Positions 1 to 8,818 of a DNA stretch of 40,000 nucleotides are shown here, piece by piece (the stretch's first letter is position 1; the number at the start of each line of letters is the position of its first letter). Both the position numbers and the translations under genes were made by a program. The stretch comes from Cricetibacter osteomyelitidis (GTDB taxonomy: Bacteria; Pseudomonadota; Gammaproteobacteria; Enterobacterales; Pasteurellaceae). Under the pieces are notes generated by a model that saw nothing but the letters and a program-made list of their open reading frames with translations, was not told the DNA's origin and did not search any database. Location: positions 4,082-44,081 of the forward strand of contig NZ_SLYB01000002.1 in the NCBI RefSeq assembly GCF_004340985.1, read 5' to 3'.

Positions 1-756
1 ATCGTGATAACTACGGATAAATATTGCCGGGTTTAAATCCCATAACCCAAACCAGTCTTTTTCCGATTGGGCAAACAATAAATGGACAAATTCGCTGCTG
101 TTTCTGTCGTTGACTGTCAGTTGGGTGAGAAACGGCGCATTGTCGTCCATTCGTTGTTTTAATTCACCTTTATATAAGGATTCCGTGCGTCCTTCACGTT
201 CACACAGTTGAGGCAGGGCAATTGATTTGACACCATCCACAATGGCGTAATAACGCGGCGTATCAGGCAAATAAACAAACCCGCTATTGGCATACATTAA
301 CCCTTCCTTCGGGTTTTCTGCCGCGTTTAAATGGGCGAAGAAACCGCGTTCCCGCAATTCCGGCGGTAAATACGGGGTATTTAATATTGGCTCCGGTTGA
401 TGAAAAACATCGGGTAGCGGCGCTATGCCGACGGTTTGCTGCCGAAGATAGGTTCCCTGTGAAACCGTTGATTGCTTCTCTTCCTGCAAAAGAAAATGCA
501 GGCTATCGTCTTTTATCGCTCGGGCTTGCTGCAATATTTGCCCGTTAAAACCGTGTCGTTCAAACCAACGGGTTGCCGGTAACGGTGCAAGTTGGCTCAC
601 TAAGCGGCATTGGTGGCGTTGACAATAAGTTTCTATTTTCTGCTGAAAATCATCCCGACCTTGCGCAAAAGCCAGGCAATAGCCAAAATGATGGGTGTTC
701 GGGTCGGTTTGATAGAATCGCCGGTAATAACCGGCCCAGAGTATTTTTTCTGACAT
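1..756 (-). CDS. T6SS adaptor/chaperone-like protein with a DUF4123-like C-terminal region. The 5' end is complete; the 3' end lies beyond the window.
   Basis: This ORF is not in the supplied track. ATG is at 756..754, preceded by AGGAAA 6 nt upstream. I checked all 252 minus-strand codons down to position 1 and found no in-frame stop. The translation begins MSEKILWAGYYRRFYQTDPN. From about residue 168 it reads YYAIVDGVKSIALPQL..ESLYKGEL..DNAPFLTQL..DWFGLWDLNPAIFIRS, which resembles the DUF4123 (PF13503) pattern. It starts 21 nt downstream of vgrG. Confidence 0.5.
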   Translation of the reverse strand, partial: MSEKILWAGYYRRFYQTDPNTHHFGYCLAFAQGRDDFQQKIETYCQRHQCRLVSQLAPLPATRWFERHGFNGQILQQARAIKDDSLHFLLQEEKQSTVSQGTYLRQQTVGIAPLPDVFHQPEPILNTPYLPPELRERGFFAHLNAAENPKEGLMYANSGFVYLPDTPRYYAIVDGVKSIALPQLCEREGRTESLYKGELKQRMDDNAPFLTQLTVNDRNSSEFVHLLFAQSEKDWFGLWDLNPAIFIRSYHD

Positions 757-776
757 AAGTTATTTCCTGTTTTTTA

Positions 777-2834
777 TTATTCTTTATTTTTCATTGCTTC
801 GCACACCTCGCAAATCGGTTGTGCGCTATTGGCGGTTAAACTAATCACCTCAGGAGAATCCGGTGAACCACCAATAATCGCCAAATTACCTTTAATTGTT
901 ACTCTCCCTTTTAAGATAATACCACTGCCATCAATTACCATAGTTCCTGCTTTACCAAGCATTTTCATATTGTCATAGCCTGTCATCTTAATGTTTTTGC
1001 TATGTAGCTTAATTTGTTGGCCAACTTTTACTATAGTATTTCTCGCAACCTGCACATTACGGTCTCTGCCTTGTTTCTCTTTTTTGTCAGCATACACATC
1101 TAAACTTAAATGATTACCGATATTTAAAATATCATCTTTCTCTATTTTCGTTCGGCGATTGCGGTGTACCAATAGGCTTTGATCCTGTCCGATTGTGATT
1201 GACTCATCCACGCCCACCGTTTCGGTGCGGTTATTGCCGATATTAATCGTTTCATCATGCCCCACTTGTTCGGTTCTATCATTGCCGATTTGGGTGGTTT
1301 CGTCGTGATTGACCACGTTGTTTTGGTCTTTTTCGGCGTGAATAAAGATTTCTTCCTGGTCCTTTTCATCTTCAAAGCGCAGTTCGTTAAAGCCGTTGCC
1401 CTTGTGCGTTTTGGATTTTATCGACATGCGGGTTTTGTGTTCCGGCAGGTTATACGGCGGTTCGGTGGTGCTGTGATAGGTGCGGCCGGTGATAATCGGT
1501 TGGTCCGGGTCGCCTTCCAAGAAGTCCACGATGACTTCATGTCCGATTCTGGGGATGGCGATATTGCCGAACTGGGCGCCCGCCCATGCCTGGCTGACCC
1601 GTACCCAGCAGGAGCTGTTTTCGTTGTTTTCGCCCTCCCTGTCCCAAGGGAATTGTATTTTCACCCGTCCCCAGTCGTCGCAGTAAATCTCTTCGCCCGC
1701 CGGGCCGACGACATGGGCGATTTGCGGGCCGTCTACTCGCGGTTTCGGATTCGGGGTCGGGCGCCATTGCGTGCTGCTTGGGATAAACTTGATATGGTTT
1801 TCATAGCGGTTGCCCTGTTCTCCCGCTTCTTCTTCCAGAATGCCGGGCTGCCAGCCGCGATGTTCTACTTCCACCGCTAACCAGCTTTGGTTGAAACTTT
1901 CCCGCGGATGCCCTGAGAGGGTAAAGCGATAACCGGGAATCAGGCGTAAATCATCCCCGGTGGCAAGTGCCACTTCCGCTTCGCGCCGTTCGTATTCCAA
2001 TCGGTAGCGGCTGAACGGTTCGCCCTGTGCATCGCGTTTGTAACGCCCCGGGTAATCGTATTTTTCGTAAATATTGACCGCACTTTCGCCGAAGATGTGA
2101 CTTTGCTGATTAGCATGTTGGTGTTCTTGAGGGTAAGTCGGGTGGGTGAAGGTGTAATCGCGTAGGGTTTGGCGGTTGGTGCCGAGTCGGGCCTGATATG
2201 CCCAGTGCCATAAAGCGGCTTCGGGGCATTCACCGGCAGGGGTGGGGTTATACAACAATGTGCCTTTTTCCGCTGCCAGTGCACTGTGGTTGCTGAAATG
2301 CAGGGTATGGCTGTCTTCGGTATGTGAAAAATAGTAGTAGGTTCCTTCTTCCGCCGCCAGCCGTTCGATAAAGGCTAAGTCCGTTTCCCGGTATTGTACG
2401 CAGTATTCCCGTTGCCAATAACTGTCACTTAAATGAAATTCGACTTGATTGATATGATTCTTTGAAAGGAGCTGACGCAGGATTTTTTCGCTGTCTTGTT
2501 GTTGGAAGATTTTATTATCCGATTGATAGGAGGCCCGCACCAAATCCGGCTCGATGACCATGTTATAGCGGGTGCGGGAGAAGCCGCTTTCGCCCTGCAC
2601 CAACTGCGTCACAACCCCGTTAACATAACGCACCGGCTCAGAGCCTTGCCAGAAAGTGAGTGTGGCACTGTTGTCCAGAATCTCAGAGAACGACGGTGAC
2701 GAATCAAAACTGGCTAACTCCAATTCCAGACGAAAAAGTTGAGAAAGTCCTTCTTTTAATACAAAACTGACGACATCGAATTCGGTAGCGCCGTTCACGT
2801 TTAAACTATAGCGGTAGTCGGATTGTTGGGTCAT
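777..2834 (-). CDS. vgrG: Type VI secretion system spike protein VgrG (685 aa)
   Basis: The N-terminus is gp27-like (YRYSLNVNGATEFDVVSFVLKEGLSQLFRLELELAS). A gp5 OB-fold motif follows (IPRIGHEVIVDFLEGDPDQPIITGRTYH). After that come beta-helix repeats (NDRTEQVGHDETINIGNNRTETVGVDESITIG). SD AAGGA lies upstream of the ATG at 2834. Confidence 0.9.
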   Translation of the reverse strand: MTQQSDYRYSLNVNGATEFDVVSFVLKEGLSQLFRLELELASFDSSPSFSEILDNSATLTFWQGSEPVRYVNGVVTQLVQGESGFSRTRYNMVIEPDLVRASYQSDNKIFQQQDSEKILRQLLSKNHINQVEFHLSDSYWQREYCVQYRETDLAFIERLAAEEGTYYYFSHTEDSHTLHFSNHSALAAEKGTLLYNPTPAGECPEAALWHWAYQARLGTNRQTLRDYTFTHPTYPQEHQHANQQSHIFGESAVNIYEKYDYPGRYKRDAQGEPFSRYRLEYERREAEVALATGDDLRLIPGYRFTLSGHPRESFNQSWLAVEVEHRGWQPGILEEEAGEQGNRYENHIKFIPSSTQWRPTPNPKPRVDGPQIAHVVGPAGEEIYCDDWGRVKIQFPWDREGENNENSSCWVRVSQAWAGAQFGNIAIPRIGHEVIVDFLEGDPDQPIITGRTYHSTTEPPYNLPEHKTRMSIKSKTHKGNGFNELRFEDEKDQEEIFIHAEKDQNNVVNHDETTQIGNDRTEQVGHDETINIGNNRTETVGVDESITIGQDQSLLVHRNRRTKIEKDDILNIGNHLSLDVYADKKEKQGRDRNVQVARNTIVKVGQQIKLHSKNIKMTGYDNMKMLGKAGTMVIDGSGIILKGRVTIKGNLAIIGGSPDSPEVISLTANSAQPICEVCEAMKNKE

Positions 2835-2913
2835 ATTAATATCCTTCTTTGTTTGTTAAATGTGTTGTATTAATTAAGTGTAGTATAAAAATACTACATT
2901 TTACAATTATAAA

Positions 2914-3288
2914 TTATGCCTGCATAGAAAGCTTGATTAGAGTACCGCGCAGGCTCCAAGTATTATACTGTGTACCTGTTTCAGTAAACAATCCCGAACC
3001 ATAACGTATATCAGTAAATAACTCTTTTACTATAGAGGCATTAATATCCGAATTTAACTCAATTAAATAAGGAATCTCAGTTCGTCACATTCATAACGAT
3101 ACAAAGGTTCATAAGGCAAACCCCATACGTCTAAATATAGCCATATATGTGGAATAAGCGCACCATCGAAGTTACACCCTCGGCATTAAATATCACCCGT
3201 CCGCCTGCGCTTTCCAATATCACTTCGTCACCGCCTTCGCAGTGGAAGGTTTCGCACAGTTGTTCGAAGAACTCTCCGCTTGGATTAA
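2914..3288 (-). pseudogene. Decayed gene remnant: three protein-like segments in three different minus-strand frames, with no start codon
   Basis: Manual minus-strand translation gives three segments. The first is LNPSGEFFEQLCETFHCEGGDEVILESAGGRVIFNAEG. After a frame change comes NFDGALIPHIWLYLDVWGLPYEPLYRYECDELRFLI*. After another frame change comes ELNSDINASIVKELFTDIRYGSGLFTETGTQYNTWSLRGTLIKLSMQA*. There is no ORF of 60 aa or more on either strand here. Confidence 0.35.
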
Positions 3289-3290
3289 GC

Positions 3291-3320
3291 AAAATAAAAA
3301 CAGGACGATAGCCCTGTGTT
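3291..3320 (-). terminator. Rho-independent terminator after the small lipoprotein / ilvA transcription unit
   Basis: The minus strand reads ACAGGGC-TATC-GTCCTGT, a 7 bp stem with one G-T pair, followed by TTTTTATTTT. Confidence 0.5.
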
Positions 3321-3361
3321 TTTATTATTTCACCTGATAACAGCTGCTTTCGCCGTTACAT

Positions 3362-3472
3362 TCATAAATCACGCCGTCGCCTTTTTTTAATTTCACTCGG
3401 TTCGGATGTGTTTTGCAATAAAGTACAGGCACTCATCGCCAAGCAGCCAATTACAATTGCCTTGGTTTTCAT
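3362..3472 (-). CDS. Small putative lipoprotein. It is 36 aa as sequenced, or 48 aa ending at 3325 if the A7 tract were A6.
   Basis: SD AGGA lies 6 nt before the ATG at 3472. The product is MKTKAIVIGCLAMSAC..., a signal peptide plus a lipobox-like MSAC. An A7 run (T7 at 3382-3388 on the plus strand) leads into KKRRRRDL*. The -1 frame instead gives ..EIKKGDGVIYECNGESSCYQVK**, ending just before the terminator. Confidence 0.35.
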   Translation of the reverse strand: MKTKAIVIGCLAMSACTLLQNTSEPSEIKKRRRRDL

Positions 3473-3486
3473 ATAAGTTCCTTAAA

Positions 3487-5022
3487 TTAACCTAAAAAAT
3501 AACGATATGCGGGGCTATCGGTCACATCTTGATACACATATCCCAATACTTCCAAATGACGATGGAAATTTTCTAACTGCGTATCATCAAGTTGGAAACC
3601 GGCTAAAATATCACCATAGTCCACACCATGAGCACGATAATGGAACAACGATATATTAGCTTGTGTGCCAAGAGTTTCTAAGAATTTCACCAACGCACCT
3701 TTTTGCTCCGGAAACTCGAAAGAATACAACCGCTCTTTTAATTCACTGGATGAACGCCCGCCGATCATATAACGAATATGCGTTTTTGCCATATCATCGT
3801 CCGACATATCCATCACATCATAACCGCCTTGTTGAAGCTGAGCGATAATTTCCTGTTTTTCCGCTTCACCACTGATACGCACGCCGACAAACACGCGAGC
3901 CGTCACATCATCAGAATAGCGGTAATTAAATTCCGTCACCGCACGATTACCCAAAATATTACAGAATTTCAAGAAGCTGCCTTTTTGTTCCGGAATAGTC
4001 ACCGCAAACAAAGCCTCGTGTTTTTCACCCAATTCGCAACGTTCGGACACATAACGCAAGGTGTGGAAATTCACATTGGCACCGGATAAGATATTCACCA
4101 GAGTTTCACCTTGAATATTGTGTTCTTCCACATATTTTTTCAGACCTGCCAAGGATAACGCACCGGAAGGCTCTGCCACCGCCCTCACATCTTCAAAAAT
4201 ATCTTTCATTGCAGCACAGATTTCGTCACTGTCCACTAACACCATGTCATCCACATATTGCTGACATACACGGAAAGTTTCATCGCCTATACGCTTTACC
4301 GCTACACCGTCGGCAAATAAGCCCACACGCTCTAAATCCACCGGATGACCGGCTTTTAATGCGGCGTATAAACAAGCCGAATCTTTTGATTCCACACCGA
4401 TTACTTTGATATCCGGCAATAATTGTTTGATCAACACGGCAATGCCTGCCAATAAACCGCCGCCGCCCGCAGGTACGAAAATACGGTCGATATTAGTGTT
4501 TTGCTGCAACAATTCCATTGCCAATGAACCTTGTCCGGCAATTACCGCCGGATGATCAAACGGCGGAATAAAGGTCATATTTTTGCTTTCGGCCAACTCA
4601 ATGGCTTTCGCTTTGGCTTCGTCAAAGTTTGTGCCGTGTAATAACACTTCACTGCCAAAACCACGCACGGCATCTACTTTAATACTCGGCGTGCTTTGCG
4701 GCATCACGATTAAGGCTTTTAAGCCAAGATGTTTAGCCGAAAGTGCCACGCCCTGAGCGTGATTACCCGCAGATGCGGCAATCACACCGTTTGTTTTTTG
4801 TGCTACGCTAAGCCCTGCGATCATGGCATAAGCACCGCGCAGTTTAAAGCTGTGCACCGGCTGGCGGTCTTCGCGTTTAATCAAAATTTGGTTATGTTTG
4901 CGAGCGGAAAGTTTAGGCATTACTTGTAATGGCGTGACTTGTGCCACGTCATACACTTTCGAACTTAATACGGCACGAAGATATTCCGAACCGGTTGGAT
5001 GTTGGTTTAGATCATATACCAT
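3487..5022 (-). CDS. ilvA: Biosynthetic threonine dehydratase (threonine deaminase), PLP-dependent, with C-terminal ACT-like regulatory domains
   Basis: The 511 aa product is collinear with E. coli IlvA. It has the PLP lysine motif (HSFKLRGAY) and a duplicated C-terminal regulatory domain. Confidence 0.95.
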   Translation of the reverse strand: MVYDLNQHPTGSEYLRAVLSSKVYDVAQVTPLQVMPKLSARKHNQILIKREDRQPVHSFKLRGAYAMIAGLSVAQKTNGVIAASAGNHAQGVALSAKHLGLKALIVMPQSTPSIKVDAVRGFGSEVLLHGTNFDEAKAKAIELAESKNMTFIPPFDHPAVIAGQGSLAMELLQQNTNIDRIFVPAGGGGLLAGIAVLIKQLLPDIKVIGVESKDSACLYAALKAGHPVDLERVGLFADGVAVKRIGDETFRVCQQYVDDMVLVDSDEICAAMKDIFEDVRAVAEPSGALSLAGLKKYVEEHNIQGETLVNILSGANVNFHTLRYVSERCELGEKHEALFAVTIPEQKGSFLKFCNILGNRAVTEFNYRYSDDVTARVFVGVRISGEAEKQEIIAQLQQGGYDVMDMSDDDMAKTHIRYMIGGRSSSELKERLYSFEFPEQKGALVKFLETLGTQANISLFHYRAHGVDYGDILAGFQLDDTQLENFHRHLEVLGYVYQDVTDSPAYRYFLG

Positions 5023-5045
5023 TGTTGAACCTTACTTCTTTTAAT

Positions 5046-5092
5046 GAAAGTGCGGTAAAAATTTCAAAAATTTTAAAAATCACACCGCACTT
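5046..5092. repeat. Inverted pair of uptake signal sequences (AAAGTGCGGT ... ACCGCACTTT) forming a potential hairpin
   Basis: The arms are perfect 10 bp inverted copies at 5046-5055 and 5083-5092, separated by an AT-rich 27 nt loop. The pair sits between the DUF805 gene stop and the ilvA start. No T-run follows it on the minus strand. Confidence 0.6.
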
Positions 5093-5096
5093 TGAG

Positions 5097-5648
5097 TTAT
5101 TCAAACTTTTGTTTGGCTTTGAGCCATAATGCGTTGGTTTCGTTTTTTAGTTGTTGGTATAAAGACAACGCAAATTGTGCTTTATTAATATTCGGGATTT
5201 CGGGGCGTTCACCATATTTATTTGCCGCTTCATCACCGAGTTTTAATAATATACCGATACCGCAATAAATCAATACGATACAGTAAATTGCCAACGGAAA
5301 CCAGAAAAGACCGAGACTGGCAGACAAAATACCTTTGCTAAAATCCACATCTGACAAAAGTACGGTTAAAAACAGTAGCGGGCCCCATAATAACATCTGC
5401 CACCAAGCAGATTTATTCAAATCGTGCAAACGGCGGATAATCAGTGTCGCCAACGGGCATAAGCTAATCACATTAAAGAAAATATTGAAATAACCTTCAC
5501 CAAAAGGCAAATCAAAAATCACCCACTCAAGCCAGCCGATAAACAATAAAATAAATAAAGAAATCAGAACGAATCCGCCAAATTCCTCTCTTGTCGCCCG
5601 CCCCTTATAATTAAACGCGTTCTGCCAAGCGAAAATAAAGCCATTCAT
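5097..5648 (-). CDS. DUF805 family inner-membrane protein (YhaH/YhaI-like)
   Basis: The N-terminus reads FNYKGRATREEFGGF. The RRLHDLNKSAWW motif is typical of DUF805, and several hydrophobic helices are present. Confidence 0.8.
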   Translation of the reverse strand: MNGFIFAWQNAFNYKGRATREEFGGFVLISLFILLFIGWLEWVIFDLPFGEGYFNIFFNVISLCPLATLIIRRLHDLNKSAWWQMLLWGPLLFLTVLLSDVDFSKGILSASLGLFWFPLAIYCIVLIYCGIGILLKLGDEAANKYGERPEIPNINKAQFALSLYQQLKNETNALWLKAKQKFE

Positions 5649-5690
5649 TCTGATTTCCTAAAATTTCCGTAAAATCCACCGCACTTAGGC

Positions 5691-7391
5691 TTACAGGCGG
5701 CTTAAAAACGTAATTAGCTCATCTTTCGCAATCATACGTTTTTCACCGCTACGACGGTGTTTGTATTCAATTTCAGCGTTAGCCAGATTTTTCTCGCCGA
5801 TTACGATCATATGCGGAATACCGATTAATTCCATATCCGCAAACATTACGCCCGGACGTTCCTTACGATCATCGAAAATCACTTCTACGCCCTGAGCGGT
5901 TAAAGTGCGGTATAAATTTTCGGAAAATTCCTGCACTGCTTTAGATTTGTGCATATTCATCGGCACAATCGCCACTTTAAACGGTGCGATATTATCCGGC
6001 CAAATGATGCCGCGCTCATCGTGATTTTGCTCAATCGCAGCCGCAACCACGCGAGTTACGCCGATACCGTAGCAACCCATCAGCATCGTCAACGGACGAC
6101 CGTCTTCGCCTTGCACAGTCGCATTCATCGCTTCGGAATATTTTGTGCCCAATTGGAAAATATGACCTACTTCAATACCGCGTTTAATCAATAATGTGCC
6201 TTTGCCGTCTGGGCTCGGATCGCCTTCCACTACGTTACGTAAATCGGCAATTTCCGGGATCGCCGCATCGCGCTCCCAGTTCACACCGAAATAATGTTTA
6301 TCGTCAATATTCGCACCACAAGAGAAATCCGACATATTCGCCACCGTGCGGTCAATCACCATTGGAATCGGCAGATTCACTACGCCTAATGAACCTATAG
6401 TCGCCCCAATCGCTGCTTTAATATCCGCTTCATCGGCAAACTCAAAAGGTTTAGCCACTAATGCGACTTTTTCCGCTTTGATTTCGTTTAGTTCGTGATC
6501 GCCGCGCAGCACAAGTGCTACTAATGGATGCTCTTCTGTCGCCCCTTTCACAATCAAGGTTTTTACGGTTTTCTCAATCGGTAAACCATACTGCTCTACT
6601 AACTCATTGATAGTTTTCGCATTCGGCGTATCCACTAATTTTAATTCTTTTGTCGGCACAGATTTTTCACCTAATGCCACCGCTTCTGCCAATTCAATAT
6701 TGGCGGCAAAATCGGATTCTGTGGAAAATACGATATCGTCTTCACCACTTTGTGCCAACACTTGGAATTCGTGAGAAGCCGAACCGCCGATAGCGCCGGT
6801 ATCCGCCTGCACCGCACGGAAATCCAAACCTAAGCGATTGAAAATATTGGAATAGGTTTGATACATAATATCGTAGGTTTCTTGTAAACTGTCGCGGTCA
6901 GCATGGAAAGAATAGGCATCTTTCATCACAAATTCACGGGAACGCATCACCCCGAAACGCGGACGTACTTCGTCGCGAAATTTGGTTTGAATATGATAAA
7001 AATTCATCGGCAATTGTTTGTAAGATGTCACTTCGCGGCGTACTAAATCCGTAATGGCTTCTTCATTGGTCGGGCCTAGAATAAAATCACGATCACCACG
7101 ATCTTTGAAACGCAGTAATTCCGGACCATACTGATCCCAACGACCGGATTCTTGCCATAATTCTGCCGGTTGCACCACGGGCATTTTTACTTCCAACGAA
7201 CATTTATTCATTTCTTCACGAACAATTTGTTCAACTTTGTTCAAGACGCGGATACCAGTAGGCAGCCAGTTATATAAACCGGAAGCGGATGCTCGGATCA
7301 TACCGGCACGTAACATTAATTGGTGACTGACCACTTGGGCATCATTCGGGGTTTCTTTTAGGGTTGAGAATAGATATTGACTTGCTCGCAT
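5691..7391 (-). CDS. proS: Prolyl-tRNA synthetase
   Basis: The track ORF (to 7526) is over-extended. The ortholog N-terminus [33 protein letters not shown] (E. coli has MRTSQYLLSTLKETP...) starts at the ATG at 7391, giving 566 aa. Confidence 0.95.
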   Translation of the reverse strand: MRASQYLFSTLKETPNDAQVVSHQLMLRAGMIRASASGLYNWLPTGIRVLNKVEQIVREEMNKCSLEVKMPVVQPAELWQESGRWDQYGPELLRFKDRGDRDFILGPTNEEAITDLVRREVTSYKQLPMNFYHIQTKFRDEVRPRFGVMRSREFVMKDAYSFHADRDSLQETYDIMYQTYSNIFNRLGLDFRAVQADTGAIGGSASHEFQVLAQSGEDDIVFSTESDFAANIELAEAVALGEKSVPTKELKLVDTPNAKTINELVEQYGLPIEKTVKTLIVKGATEEHPLVALVLRGDHELNEIKAEKVALVAKPFEFADEADIKAAIGATIGSLGVVNLPIPMVIDRTVANMSDFSCGANIDDKHYFGVNWERDAAIPEIADLRNVVEGDPSPDGKGTLLIKRGIEVGHIFQLGTKYSEAMNATVQGEDGRPLTMLMGCYGIGVTRVVAAAIEQNHDERGIIWPDNIAPFKVAIVPMNMHKSKAVQEFSENLYRTLTAQGVEVIFDDRKERPGVMFADMELIGIPHMIVIGEKNLANAEIEYKHRRSGEKRMIAKDELITFLSRL

Positions 7392-7504
7392 TGTATTATT
7401 TCCAATTGTATTTAAAAATAAAAAATTACTCGCTAGTTTACCATTGAGTGAAGGCAGTACAAAGGATAAATAAGAGGATTTTACTGATTTTTCTTGAAAG
7501 AAAA

Positions 7505-7537
7505 GGAAAAAACAAAAAGCGGCCAAAACTGACCGCT
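7505..7537 (-). terminator. Rho-independent terminator of the str operon (after tufA)
   Basis: The minus strand reads AGCGGTCA-GTTT-TGGCCGCT, an 8 bp stem with one G-T pair, followed by TTTTGTTTTTT. Confidence 0.65.
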
Positions 7538-7568
7538 CTTTTTGTTTATCAATAACTGATAAAAACTA

Positions 7569-8795
<1,227 letters not shown>

Positions 8796-8818
8796 CTACG
8801 GGTTTTGATTAAACAAAA

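Noticed and set aside
573-758. Track ORF, 61 aa on the plus strand
   Set aside because: It lies entirely inside the 252-codon open minus-strand frame that has an SD, an ATG and a family-like sequence. It has no SD of its own, and its Gly/Asn/Arg-rich product looks non-protein-like.
1257-1880. 207 aa plus-strand ORF, with smaller ORFs at 1142-1375, 1480-1686, 1537-1767, 1940-2284 and 2496-2699
   Set aside because: All are embedded antisense or out of frame within the well-supported vgrG gene. Long spurious frames are expected in its GC-rich part, and none shows a recognisable motif.
1-5046. The USS-free left 5 kb as proof of horizontal transfer
   Set aside because: A similar USS-free stretch covers core genes (5912-10975), so the absence alone is not discriminating. 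I kept it only as weak supporting context.
7392-7526. The 45-residue N-terminal extension of proS in the track, with analogous extensions of yheO, yhhQ, the phosphatase gene, hyfC, hyfG and hypB
   Set aside because: Ortholog N-termini and well-placed SD sequences support the internal ATGs. The extensions run through promoter, terminator or leader sequence.
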